DNA from: Eledone cirrhosa
Lineage: Eukaryota
Assembly (NCBI GenBank): GCA_964016885.1
Contig: OZ024751.1
Location: 51,212,001-51,276,000 of the forward strand
Reading direction: 5' to 3'
Length of the DNA: 64,000 bases
Numbering within the stretch: position 1 is the first letter of the stretch; each line of letters starts with the position of its first letter. The notes under the pieces are model-generated. The model was given only the letters and a program-made list of their open reading frames with translations. It did no database searches and had not been told where the DNA came from. Of the stretch, positions 14,152-27,584 are shown piece after piece. The position numbers and the translations under genes are program-made.

Positions 14152-14153
<2 letters not shown>
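13720..14153 (+). mobile_element. PLE-type fold-back remnant with degenerate HHR (13992-14041), between TA tracts
   Basis: Arms about 13720-13873 and 13906-14065; ACAGG-CTGAATGA-helix II-AAAA-CTTAAG-TA-CCTGT (G12 changed to A). Confidence 0.7.
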
Positions 14154-14208
<55 letters not shown>

Positions 14209-14666
14209 GGTCAAGAAAATTACAGACGTCCTACTATAGCCATGATTGTTACAAGAGAAAGGGTTTGGCCCTTGTGATTTCAAATAGAGATTAATGTGTA
14301 AACAAATATAAATGGATATAACTAATAATCTCATATGATAAAATATGAAAATATGGAAGGAAGCATGCACAATAATCACCAATGACACATATAAGATAAG
14401 AGTGGGTCAAATAGAAACTTCAAACTGAAGTAAGTGTTAAAAAAAATGCAGTATACACATACTAAAGGCAGTGCTCCATTATCTCCTTAAATGTAATGGT
14501 TAATAAAAACAACTATAGAACTAAATTTCTAAAGAACTCATTGACAGACAAACACAAAAGAAACAGAAACTAACAAAAATAGAGAGAAAAGAAACAAAAA
14601 AAAAATACAGATGTATGAAAAATAAGAATTATGTAGGAAAGCAATTTGAAAGAAATTCTTCGTGAA

Positions 14667-14705
<39 letters not shown>

Positions 14706-15258
14706 AAACACTTGTTTAAAATGTGATATAGAGAGAAGAAAAAGAAAAACTTGAAGCCGAAATGTTAAGTGTCACCTTTAAATCTCTCTGGTTTAGGTAA
14801 GGCGTAGTGTGTAGGAGAGCAAAGAGAACATTGATGAGGAATGTAAAAAAAATGTCAAGGATTTAAAGACATTAACATGAAAAAGAAGCTCCATTACATC
14901 ACATATAAATATTTTGTGAGAGTCATTCTTTCAAACATTTTCCTTTTTTGTATCTTTTTGTTTTATTAACCTTTTCATTACCATATTTTTAATGAAAGAC
15001 AATGACTTTGAAATCATTTTGAAAACTTTAGTGAAATAGCATTTTTTGAAATTCTTGGGCAAATGTCATTATATGGTCAAAGAAAGAGAAAGAATAAATC
15101 CCAGAACCAGCCAGGAATTTTATTTATCAATCTCAAAAGGATGAACGACAATGTTGACTTCAACAGGATTTGAACTCACAACACAGTAAAACAAAATACT
15201 AAGGCATTTTTAATCTGATACACTAAGAACTCTGCCAAATATTCACCTTACATACATA

Positions 15259-15562
15259 CTCTTGGGCCCCAAATAATAGTGGGTGGTGAGGGTAAAGATT
15301 GGTAATTTTTCTAAAATTAAAAAAAAACGGAATTAGTCGTTTAGTTTACATATTGCGACCCCCAACCCATCATATTTATTTTATAATGTATGAGATTTCT
15401 TGTAATGTTCATTTTTTTTACATTTATAATTTTTTTAATGTCCAAAGAAAATTAATTATCACAGGAATGCTACCACTTAAAATGAAATTTTGCTGGAGAG
15501 AGATTAGTAAAATTTAATAAGCAGGGTGGGTGGCTGGGGGACGATTATTTGAGACCCAAAGG
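15259..15562. mobile_element. Degenerate MITE
   Basis: Imperfect TIR CTCTTGGGCCCCAAATAATAGT / ACGATTATTTGAGACCCAAAGG with TA flanks. Confidence 0.55.
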
Positions 15563-15572
15563 TACATACATA

Positions 15573-16446
15573 CAAAGTGTGTTCAAAAAGTATCTGACTT
15601 TTGGGCATAAAAGACTGTTTTGTACATTTCACAATTTTTAATTAAATACCTTCAAAATACTCCCCTTGAGAATTCATACACTTCTCTCCGTGGTGCTGCC
15701 ACTGCTGGTAACACATTTGGAATATTAGGGAACTCCGCTGTCACTTTTTCTCATAATTTTCTCACTCGACTCAAATCGCTTCCCTTTCAAAGTAGTTTTC
15801 AGATTGAGGAAGAGCCAGAAGTCATATGGTGTCAGGTTGGGAAAGTAGGGATCTGTCGAACAGGAGGTGTGTTGTTCTTGACTAGGAAAGCTTGGATTAT
15901 GTGGAAGGAATGAGTGGGCACATTCTCATGGTGAAGTTGCCAATTCTTTGCTGGCCACATGTCCAGCTGCTTTTGATGAACACATCATGAAGGTGATGTA
16001 TAATCTCCAGCTATTGATAGTTTAGCCTAGTAATGCAGATTCAAGATATATAACACCAAGGGAGTCAAAGAAACAGATCAACTGAGTCGCAGGTTATGTT
16101 TGAAGTGGTTGTTCAACTCTTTGATCTAAATTTTTCCCATGGCATCATTGCCAAAGGCCTGCTGAATCTTCTGGATGGTTTGAGCTGCTTGAGTATTACC
16201 AAGTTTTTGACAAAACTTGATGCAATAGCTCTGCTCAATGTGTTTGGTAACCTTGCATGAAAACGAAAATCTAACAAGTGTACATAAATGTCCGTACTCT
16301 AGCCATAAGATCCAGGAACTGATGTGGACAACCCACACAAACATTTTCACACGGGTGCAGGAAGGGTGGCCCCATCTCCTGCCCAAAGATGCAGCATTAG
16401 TTTTTTTGGGAAAAAATAAAGTTGGATACTTTTTGAATACACCTCA
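15573..16446 (-). mobile_element. Internally deleted mariner transposon
   Basis: TIRs with TA TSD; N-terminal EQSYCIKFCQKLG..IQQAFGNDAM; C-terminal PYFPNLTPYDFWLFLNLKTTLKGKRFES (YSPDLAP-type motif). Confidence 0.9.
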
Positions 16447-17787
16447 TACAAATATACATACATATATGCAGACATGCATACGTACATACATACAGATAGA
16501 CATACATACATACATATATATATATATAGTCAAAAATGTATTCGAAATTAAGAGAAAGAGAACATACATATATATCTACTTAAATATGCTAAGCTGCTAA
16601 GTTCTGGTTTGTATTAAAATCAAATAATTGAATCATCAAATCACACAGGACACGAAGACAATGAGCGGAGAAAATCAGAAAAGAGCCAGAGTTTTGTGTC
16701 ATCTGTTTTTACTAGAATAATGTCACTAAGTGTTTTGGCATCATTAAAAGCCTATTTAGACAAACAGCCCCAAAGACTTGTCATTGTTATCATTGATATT
16801 GTTTATTTGGTTTATTCTATGATGGTAATAATTGAATCAAGGCTCTCTCACATCTAAAAATCTGATCAATAATTGTAATACAGAATTTGGCACCATTAAA
16901 AATATTGAAAATATTTGCCAAATAATCAGTACTATATTTTGGGTTTTATTTTTCACACAGACTCTCAAACGTGTGTGTGTGCATGTGTGTACAGTATACA
17001 TGTATGTATGTGTATACAGGTGTGTGTATGTATGTATATTTGTATATGTGTATGTATGAATGTATGTGTGTATGTGCATATGTATGAATGTGTGCATGTG
17101 TATATGTATGTATGTAACCATGTGTGTATGTATGCTTGTATTTTATAGAAAATACATGACTGCATTTAACTTTAAATTTTTTAACAATTTTTCATATTTT
17201 CTTATTAGTTCTTCATGTTTAATTTCAAACAGTGCTGTTATTAATTCTTTTAGTTAATTAAAATTAATTCTGTCTGTCCATTAAAATTTCAAGACTTTCT
17301 CAGCTTTATCCTCAGAATGAAATAATGGAAATAATTGTTTTGAATTTTAGGCACAATACCAGAAATTTGTAAATAAGGAGAAGGAAAGCTGATTAAACCA
17401 GCCCCAATACTTGCGAGGTACTGTATTTTATCAGAAGGATGAAAGGTAAAGTTGACAATGACAGAAATAATGGCATATTGCAGTAGGTTGCAAATGGCCC
17501 TGGTAATAATACTTTTAAAACTTTAATGTTTGATTATAAACATTTTGTCAACAATCTCATTGTTAAAGTAGTGTACATCATCATTAGATCTCAATGAATG
17601 CTCATAAACAAAGTGACGTGATGTGTGTATGTATGTGTTTATATGCAGATAGATAGAAAGATAGAGGGAGAGAATGAGCTAGCAGTAGAGTTAATGTAGA
17701 GGAATATCATACTGAATTTAAAAGTTTTACTTGCATACATATATACACACACATCTATTTTGATGATAAAGAACTAGAAAGTATATA

Positions 17788-18722
17788 CCGTATATACTTG
17801 AATATAAACCAATTCGAATATAAGCTGCCCCCCCCCCCCCCCACACACACACACACTTCCTATTTTAAATCTGAGAAATTAGTAAAAGTCCAAACCTTGT
17901 TTATAAGCTGAGGCAGCTAATCAACACATTATGGCACAGTTTTGAAATTCTCATGAGTGGAGAAAATATTTGCAAAGTTGTAATATTTTAATATTTAATA
18001 TGTTTTAAGTGACGTTTAGAGTGTAGTTTTTGTTTCACAAATCCACAACATACAAAACCCCCAAGTGAAAATAAAACAACCCCTAACACAATTTTAGAAA
18101 ATTTTATTTCTTTATAATTAGAAAATAAATAAGCATGAGAAAATTCTAAATTAATATAATATAGAGAAATGGAGATATATTTTTTAGATAAAGGTACTAT
18201 TTAAAAAAAAAAAAAGATTTTCTTAAACCATTAAGGAGATCATTAAAAACACGAGGGAGAGATCGAAATGAATATGGAATAGTTGAAAGAGATCAACTAA
18301 AAGAACACTGCATAAGGATTCAGTGTAGAAGTAAGAGAGAAAAGAGGCAGAGTGAGAAGAAGAGAGGGAGAGAGAGTGAGTGAGCGAAATAAAATAAAAG
18401 AAGATTGAAAAATAAGTATAATTAAGTCACATGTGTATGTGTGCACATGTGTGTATGTGTGTAGGGGATATATATGTATGAAAACGTCTAAATAATAAAG
18501 ATTTGTTGCGAATGTTCTCAAGGTAAGGAATAAATAAAACTCATGACAATATAGTAAATGTAGAAAAACAATGTTTCATTGTAAAATAATCACTCCAGAT
18601 ATTTTAGCAACTTATTTATGTAGAATTTGGTGTTGGTGAATATTGTCAAAATATTAACCCTGAATATAAGTCTACCCACATTTTACCATCGATTTTATGG
18701 TCACATATTCAAGTATATACGG
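17788..18722. mobile_element. Non-autonomous Tc1/mariner-superfamily (Tc2/pogo-like) element
   Basis: TIR CCGTATATACTTGAATAT / ATATTCAAGTATATACGG, TA TSD, subterminal GAATATAAG repeats. Confidence 0.75.
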
Positions 18723-18783
18723 TATCATAAGTATATATAAAGTATAGACAAAAAATATCAAATATATAGAATTATAATATATA

Positions 18784-18822
<39 letters not shown>

Positions 18823-19009
18823 AATATAAAGTATTCACCTTAACAGCCAATGTCTGTAGTTATCCCAGCAGCAACAGCAGCAGTAAGAGAGAAGTAAAGA
18901 AAGAAAAGGAAGACAGAAAATTGAGTAAGTAATGTGGGTCATGAAAAGAGTTTGAGATGGAAGGGTCATGATCAGGGTCAATGTATCGTAACATAAGGGG
19001 GGGGGGGGG

Positions 19010-19455
19010 AGAATAGACTGCGTGAACAAATTCTATCAGGCCATCATATGAAGGAAAACAGTGTCTATTTGTCTTGTAAGGGAATAACAGGGTAGACTGG
19101 ATGAATCCATTCTGTCTTGTAAGGGGATTCCCAAACTGACTGGATGAATTCATTCTGTCAGGGCATTACATGAAGAAAGGCACTATCTATATGTATTGTT
19201 AGTGGGTGACAGGCTAGACTGGGTGAATTCATTGTCGGAGCATCACATGAAGTAAGGCACTATCTATATGTATTGTAAGGGGGTGACAGGATAGATTGGG
19301 TGAAGCCATTCTATCAGTGCACCACATGAAGTAAGGCCCTATCTATATGTATTGTAAGGGGGTGACAGGATAGATTGGGTGAAGCCATTCTATCAGTGCA
19401 CCACATGAAAAAAGGCACTATCTATTTGTATTGTAAGGGAGTGAAAGGATAGATG
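19010..19455. repeat. About 79-bp tandem repeat, roughly 5 diverging copies
   Basis: Unit GAAGTAAGGCACTATCTATATGTATTGTAAGGGGGTGACAGGATAGATTGGGTGAAGCCATTC... Confidence 0.9.
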
Positions 19456-20208
19456 TTTTTCATATGGTTGCTTAAACATCACAGTGTTAATGGTGATTCA
19501 TCAGACTTGCAATCAAAAAGGGTTCAGATATGACCAAATTTTCTTCTTTTTTTTTTCAGACATACCATGTTTATGATCACACCATCTAATATTCCCTTCA
19601 ATTTTAAATATTTTATGGTGTATTATTCAGGTAGAGTTAGGTGTATGTTTTAGCATGTCAAGAAACTAGCTAGAAACAGCCTCATTTTCTTCAGATCATT
19701 GTCACCAGCCATAATACTTGTCATTCAGACATAACATAGCCAATTCAACTAGCTGTAAACATACAGTGCCATGAAGCATGATACAGTTCACTTTCTATAT
19801 CAAACAGTAGCAACACAATATAATTAATGAAAACTTTTGTAGCTTGCAAGTCCTTGTATAATACAAAAAGAAGAAAGATGAAGGAAGACAGCTGGAAATC
19901 TTTGTCTTTGTTAATTGTTGCTATCATATTAAAGACATCTTTAGGTCAAGAAGTGTTTCATGACTGTTGATTTTAAATGATATTTCCATTTATATGAGAG
20001 GTTTATTGTAAGAAACACTGTCCCAGGGCAAAAATGATCTTGTTTTCACATGAATAAACATCAATTATATATATGTATGTGTATATATATGTATGTGTAT
20101 ATATATATGCAAAATCAAAACAAGCTATTTTTGCGAGCAATGAACCTCAACGTAGATTTAACCCCAAAAACTCTTTCCGAGCAATGTAAGGAACACTTGA
20201 TTATTTAT

Positions 20209-20248
20209 GCCCTTGAGAAGCCCAACCGGGCGAAACGTACATAGGTGC
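20209..20248 (+). ncRNA. Hammerhead motif, U3-A8 core variant, in a 200-bp insert between TA tracts (about 20110-20304)
   Basis: GCCC-TTGAGAA-GCCC(AACC)GGGC-GAAA-CGTACA-TA-GGTGC. Confidence 0.6.
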
Positions 20249-20306
20249 TGTTTTAAATAAACATGTTTTAACGGTCTATTCTCCGATTTCTTACTTTCCC
20301 ACGTAT

Positions 20307-20394
<88 letters not shown>

Positions 20395-20414
20395 ATATAT
20401 ATAATATATATATA

Positions 20415-20772
20415 TCATCATCATCATCGTTTAACGTCCATCTTCCACACTAGCATGGGTTTGGACGGGAATTTTCCCACTTGAGGCAAGATTGGTTGTC
20501 TTGATCGTATAGGACTGTCTGGCAGGTTTTCTATGGCTGGATGCCCTTCCTAACACCAACCACGTTTACAGTGTGGACTGGGAGGTTTTTACCGTGTTAC
20601 CTACATGGCCACATTACAGCGTGGACTGTGTGTTTTTTTGTCGTGACACCTACACGCCCTCATTTGTTTCGGACTTGATGCTGTGGTACCAACATAACTT
20701 TATATTGGAAGGGGTGGTGTGGATGGGATGGGGGTAGTGGGGCCGGGGTGTATTTTTGTTAGAGGTGCCTAC
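20415..20772 (-). mobile_element. 5'-truncated RTE LINE 3' UTR copy
   Basis: Matches 61205-61657, including the (GAT)n tail. Confidence 0.85.
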
Positions 20773-20789
20773 TGATATATATATATAAG

Positions 20790-21312
20790 TAGTCATGTAG
20801 GTGTCATCACAAAAGGTACCCAGCACACACTGAAAATGTGGTTGGCATAACGAATGGCATCCAGTCATAGAAACAAAGCCATAAACAATTCTGTATGAGC
20901 AAGAAACGGTCAGATGACCCAACTTGCCTCAAATAACACATCCCATCTAACCCATGATAGTATGGAAAACAGACGTTAAACGATGATGATGATGAAGATA
21001 TATATATAAGTGTGTGTATATATATATATCTTCATCATCAAAATCATCACCATTTTACGTCCGTTCTTCCACGCTAGCATGGGTTAGACGGGTTATCCTG
21101 TTGTAGGCAGTGTCCGGTTGGCTGACCTTCTCTTGCTCATATGGGAACTGATTTTGGCTTGATTTCTACAGCTGGATGCCCTTCCTAACACCAACCTCAT
21201 TTACTGTGAGTGCTGGGTGCTTTTTTCCGTGGTGCCTACACGTCCACTTTATAGTGTGGGCTGGGTGCTTTTTTGCCGTGGCACCTCCACAACCACTTTG
21301 CAGTGGGAGGGT
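20790..21312. mobile_element. Two RTE-tail-related repeats, tail to tail (20790-20998 plus; 21030-21312 minus)
   Basis: GGCATCCAG core motif and TAACCCATGCTAGC..(GAT)n-type ends. Confidence 0.75.
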
Positions 21313-21882
21313 GTGGGGACATATTGTCGATATGCTTCAGCTTTATTGTCTATATGCTTCATATATATGTGTGTGTGTATGTGTCATTATTTATTTAAGT
21401 GTTTAATTCTGAGGAGTGTTGCTTTTGTAGCATCTCAATCAATAAATCTAACTGGAAATAACTTATGTGGTGAGTAAAAGCAACCAAACCAAAACAATAC
21501 AATACAATCCTAGTCATTGACTAATGTTGTTCTAATTACATGGCCATGTGTTTGGTATTTTTATGACCTCATCAATAAAGCATACATATCCAGTGTATTT
21601 AATGTTATTATAGGATGTCACTGATTTGTTTTGTTTTTTACAAATTTCACATGATGTACATTGGACACACAGACAAACATACAGCATTCACATTTAATTT
21701 ACAGCATGCATTACTTCATGAAACACAGTTATGGAACCATCATACAGTGTATACTTATACTTGGTCTAACTGCATGTTGTGTGGTAGTGTTTGATTTGGG
21801 AAAGAAAGGAGTAAAATTTAGAAAGGAAGTAATAAAATGAAAAGTGCCAGAAAAGTTTCTGCCTACCTACATATATATGTGA

Positions 21883-21947
<65 letters not shown>

Positions 21948-21964
21948 TAGATAGATAGATAGAC

Positions 21965-22277
21965 AGTATTAATATATAAGGGAACAAAGAATCAGTGTTG
22001 CATCATATACATATTTACATATTTAATTACATATTACATATGTTTCACTGTCGATCAGCTCAAGGAACGATCTATTAATGATCGAACCTGACTCTGGAAT
22101 TGGAAGCTCCTCAGGTATATTTTAACATATAGACTCGCGTCTACATGAAACATATGTAATTAAATATGTATTTGATGCAACACTGATTCTTTGTGCCCTA
22201 ATATATTAATACTATTGATACTCTTCTCCCCAAGAGCATTGAGTACTCATCCGGCATACTGCCTACAGACACAATTA
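21965..22277 (+). mobile_element. PLE-type fold-back remnant
   Basis: Arms 21965-22046 and 22146-22213; GAAACATATGTA helix III half retained; TGAGTACTC tail motif. Confidence 0.6.
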
Positions 22278-22285
22278 TATATATA

Positions 22286-22316
<31 letters not shown>

Positions 22317-22317
22317 T

Positions 22318-22640
22318 ATATATCTAGTGATATATGATATGTTTATGAATAAACATTTTTGAAAGACTTCAGCTATGAATTTGGAAACTGATGAGCAGAG
22401 AGCATAGTAAGGGAGCACAGTCTTGGTAATGACCAAAGTCAGAAATGGTGTTCATCATTGACAGTTACCCACCCGTTGCTTCTGCTGGAATCTGCTAGAT
22501 GGCGCTACGTCATCAGTTTCCAAAGTCATAGCTGACGGGTTTCAGAATGTTTATTCATAAATGTATTGTAAATCGCTAAATATACAAAATGCTCATACTT
22601 ATATGTATACAGCTATGTTAGAGTGAACACCTTAATCATA
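22318..22640. mobile_element. Fold-back element, about 75-bp imperfect arms
   Basis: 22318-22394 is inverted relative to 22510-22583; flanked by TA tracts. Confidence 0.6.
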
Positions 22641-22645
22641 TATAC

Positions 22646-22690
<45 letters not shown>

Positions 22691-22695
<5 letters not shown>

Positions 22696-23631
22696 CAAAT
22701 AACGAAACGAAATTAAATTTCGTTTCGTTTGTAACTCACTTTTGTATGACTGACGCTTAAACAATTAAGTTAAAAATGTACATCCACATATGTATACTGA
22801 AATACTAGTATGCATATGAATACACACACGTATACATATGTAGATGTACCGATTTTTTCACTGGTCACTTTACTGTGAGTGACCAGCTATTCTGTATGTA
22901 AACACACAGACAAACCGGTTTTTAGAGTCATACTGGTTTTTGAGGAAACACCTTTCCTCTATTCTCCAGAAAGCCAGACAAGGAATATTGAACTAGTTTC
23001 GTTGTTGTTACAACTCATCAGCAATATTTACCTATCTTCCGGCCTTTCTAGAGAATCGTAAAAGCACATAGGTAAATATTGCTGATGAGTTGTAACAACT
23101 GTGTGTATTCATATGCATACTAGTATTTCAGTATACATATGTGGATGTACATTTTTAACTTAATTGTTTAAGCGTCAGTCATACAAAAGTGAGTTACAAA
23201 CGAAACGAAATTTAATTTCGTTTCGTTATTTGTTTTTATCGTCTCCGTTGAACCGGTACGTACTCACGCTCTATGCAAATTAGTCTGCCCACTACTAATT
23301 TTCATAGAAAAAGCATATAACGATATGTGCTTTTACGATTCTCTAGAAAGGCCGGAAGATAGGTAAATATTGCTGATGAGTTGTAACAACAACGAAACTA
23401 GTTCAATATTCCTTGTCTGGCTTTCTGGAGAATAGAGGAAAGGTGTTTCCTCAAAAACCAGTATGACTCTAAAAACCGGTTTGTCTGTGTGTTTACATAC
23501 AGAATAGCTGGTCACTCACAGTAAAGTGACCAGTGAAAAAATCGGTACATCTACATATGTATACGTGTGTGTATTCATATGCATACTAGTATTTCAGTAT
23601 ACATATGTGGATGTACATTTTTAACTTAATT

Positions 23632-23636
<5 letters not shown>
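22691..23636 (+). mobile_element. Retrozyme-like 466-bp HHR unit: inverted copy (22691-23068) plus about 1.15 direct units, in (TA)n
   Basis: GTATTCATATGC recurs at 23105 and 23571 (period 466); homologous to the 48427-49918 array; non-coding. Confidence 0.85.
23366..23410 (+). ncRNA. Minimal type I hammerhead (mirror copy 22984-23028 on minus)
   Basis: AATATTG-CTGATGA-GTTGT(AACA)ACAAC-GAAA-CTAG-TT-CAATATT. Confidence 0.9.
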
Positions 23637-23688
<52 letters not shown>

Positions 23689-23950
23689 TGCATGTATATA
23701 TATATGTATATATAAATATGTATATGTATGTATATATATATATATATATACATATATAGAAAGATTTGAATGGATACAGTTTAGTTGAAAGGAATTTATT
23801 GACACGTGTTTCTATAACAGTTACGTAACCTAAAACAGCTATCTACAAACTTTTAGTTATGCAGACATTCAATATTTCAATGTTATTGTTTACTGTCATT
23901 TCATCAGAATAATATTACTGAGGACCTATTTAGTTTTTATAGAGAATATA

Positions 23951-25126
23951 GGACTAACTATAACATATGAATACAACCTTAAAGTAGTTAACTTCCTGGA
24001 TGTCACACTCAATTTAAACTCTGGTTTGATTAAACCGTTTCATAAATTGAATGAAAATCTCAAATACGTAAATGTTGGGTCTAACCACCCCATCTCTATA
24101 ATTAAATCTATCCCTAAAAATATTTCCCTTAGAATCTCGGGTCTATCTTCTAACATACAAGTATTTAAGGAACACGCCGAGTACTACGATAACGCCCTTA
24201 GTAAAGCAGGCTACCTCAACAAAATAGAGTACATAGATGGGAACAATCAAAACACCCAAAATAAATCCCACATAGGTAGATATAATAACACAACACCAAA
24301 CCACACTTACTACCATAGTATGCACACCAGTAAACCAACAAACAAAACTAATAGAAAGCGATGCAAAGAGTACTTATGGTATAACCCCGAATACAATAGC
24401 TCCATTAGTACAAATTTACCAGTACTCTTCTTTAAAATAATTAAAAGACATTTTCCCACATCACACAAATACCACAAAATCCTAAACCCTACCACTATAA
24501 GACTGTCATACTCTACAGCGTTAAACCTTGAACAACACATAAAAAAGATCAATACTAGAAGGTTAAACGAAAACACTAAGAACTTAAGTACAAAGAACCC
24601 CCAAAAAACAGTAGACAATACACTACAGAACATAAATAAACCACACCTAAGTTCGTCCGCAATACTACTCCAGAGAAAACCCAACGTACACAACTGTAAC
24701 TGCACCTATCTTGACAACTGCCCCCTCGGCAATAACTGCCTGGAAAAAAATATTATTTATAAGTGTACCATTAAATCCGGAGGCAACGAGTGGTATTACG
24801 TGGGATCAACGGCAACATCGTTTAAATCTCGATTGTATAGGCATTCTTACTCAATAAAACACCAGAGCCAAAGAAATGTAACAACTTTAGCAGAGAAAGC
24901 TTGGACGCTCAGGGATAGCAATCAAAAGTTTACCCTAAAATGGGAAAAATTAGCTAAAACCCAAAGCTTTTCCAGGAGCCAAAATTTCTGCAAATTGTGT
25001 AATCTTGAGATTTATTACATAATCACACACAAGAAGAAACTGCTGAATAACAGAATTGAACGAACATTATTCTGCCGTCACAGAACTAAAACCCTTTTTT
25101 CCCACTACAAGCCGAATATTACATAA
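23951..25126 (+). CDS. PLE RT C-terminus, linker and GIY-YIG endonuclease (5'-truncated, still open)
   Basis: VNFLDVTL, SNHP, WYNP, CNC..CPL..C, IIYKC..YYVGST..R..H, CKLC. Confidence 0.9.
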   Translation, partial: GLTITYEYNLKVVNFLDVTLNLNSGLIKPFHKLNENLKYVNVGSNHPISIIKSIPKNISLRISGLSSNIQVFKEHAEYYDNALSKAGYLNKIEYIDGNNQNTQNKSHIGRYNNTTPNHTYYHSMHTSKPTNKTNRKRCKEYLWYNPEYNSSISTNLPVLFFKIIKRHFPTSHKYHKILNPTTIRLSYSTALNLEQHIKKINTRRLNENTKNLSTKNPQKTVDNTLQNINKPHLSSSAILLQRKPNVHNCNCTYLDNCPLGNNCLEKNIIYKCTIKSGGNEWYYVGSTATSFKSRLYRHSYSIKHQSQRNVTTLAEKAWTLRDSNQKFTLKWEKLAKTQSFSRSQNFCKLCNLEIYYIITHKKKLLNNRIERTLFCRHRTKTLFSHYKPNIT

Positions 25127-25399
25127 AAGAGGGACATCCCCCAACTATATAAACCTTAATCTAGTTAGAAAAATATAAAAACAATCTCTTTTCAACATAT
25201 ATTAATAACCTTAAATTACCATACTAATAATGAAAAGATATGCTGATGAGAATAGGTACAAATATGCGATAATGAATGTGTCTAAAAACGTCCATAAGTA
25301 TGTATATATATATGTGAAAATGTATATAAATAAGTAAATATATATATATATGTTTGATGTGTATAGTTAGATGTAAGTGTATTCATGTATTAAAGTGCT

Positions 25400-25448
<49 letters not shown>

Positions 25449-26084
25449 GTATGTGTATATATATATATATATGTATATATATATGTATATATATGTATAT
25501 GTATATATGTATATATATATGTGTATGTATGTATGTGTATATGGATGTGTATGTATGTGTATGTGTGTACACATGGACTAGAGTATGTATGTATATATGT
25601 GTGTGTCTATACGTGTGTATATATAAAGATAAGTTGAGTATGAAAATGTATACACATGAGCGCGTATGTATGTACATGAATACATGTGTGTATATATATG
25701 TGTATGCATGTGTATATATATGTAAGTATGAATATGTGAATTGTGAGTATATGTATTTTGTAGAGGTGTGCAAATATATTTGTGTGTGAATGCGTGGGTG
25801 AAAGAATACGTACACTTGAAAGAAAAATTTAAGTCTGAATGTTAAGTGCAAACACAAAACCAACCACGCATATCTTTACTATCTCTAATCCTTCTATAGA
25901 TTTAGAAAAATAACCAATAATATATTCTATAAAAAATGTCAAAACAACAGATGGGAATCTAATTAATCACTGCCACCAAGAATTCTCACTGCTATCGAAA
26001 AACCACTCCTTCAACTATTCTTCTAACAACTTCACCCCTTCCTCCTAATATTCTCTATAAAAACTAAATAGGTCCTCAGTAATA

Positions 26085-26201
26085 TTATTCTGATGAAATG
26101 ACAGTAAACAATAACATTGAAATATTGAATGTCTGCATAACTAAAAGTTTGTAGATAGCTGTTTTAGGTTACGTAACTGTTATAGAAACACGTGTCAATA
26201 A
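26085..26201 (+). ncRNA. Hammerhead motif with about 70-nt loop 2 (mirror copy 23796-23912)
   Basis: TTATT-CTGATGA-aATGACAGT...ACTGTTATa-GAAA-CACGTG-TC-AATAA. Confidence 0.65.
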
Positions 26202-26349
26202 ATTCCTTTCAACTAAACTGTATCCATTCAAATCTTTCTATTTTTCTCCGGATTACTTTTGGAACTACAACTGGAACCGTCGAGCAAACTCTACGTGAGC
26301 TGATAATCTACTGTGTGTAATATTAATATTACAACACAACGGAAAAAAC

Positions 26350-26837
<488 letters not shown>

Positions 26838-27421
26838 ACCCATACACGCATGGAAAAATAGACATTAAACGGTGATGATGATGATAAGACGTGTGCATGC
26901 AAATCTATGCAACAATATTTATCTCTATGTTACTAGACATCTTTAGAAAGACAGACAGACACTCAAAAAACAGGAAGGAAAGAAGATATACAGTATAAAG
27001 ATAATAAGACAATAAAAATATGAGAAAATAGATAGAAAAATATTTTAATAAACATGAAGGAAAAATACAATTTCCCTTTTCTTTACAAAGGGAAAAATTG
27101 TATATTGAAATAAATTTTAATTATGAAGCAAACTAGTTTTATGAAAATTAGTTTTCATCTGAATGAAAGTCATGTGTTCATCAATAAGACCAACAGGCAA
27201 GAAGATATGAAGGATACATAAACTGAATGATATATTGAAACAGAAAGAGAGAAATTGGTAGAGAGAGGGGGTGAGATTGGTAGAGAGAGAGGGAGAAAGA
27301 AAGACATTGAGAGAAAGAGAGAAATAAATAGATTGATAGATACTTACACACATACAGATATACATAGAGAGAAATATCACCAATCATATCACACATGCAT
27401 AGAAATGGAAACAGACACTCA

Positions 27422-27455
<34 letters not shown>

Positions 27456-27529
27456 CTGACAATGACAAGCAACAGACAATGCATATATATTTACATATGC
27501 ATACATCTTATATATATATATATATATAC

Positions 27530-27584
<55 letters not shown>

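Larger units (their letters stand above)
23757..26345 (+). mobile_element. 5'-truncated PLE with inverted 5' pLTR copy (23757-23950) and 3' pLTR
   Basis: 23757-23950 is the reverse complement of about 26047-26240; flanked by TA tracts. Confidence 0.9.
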
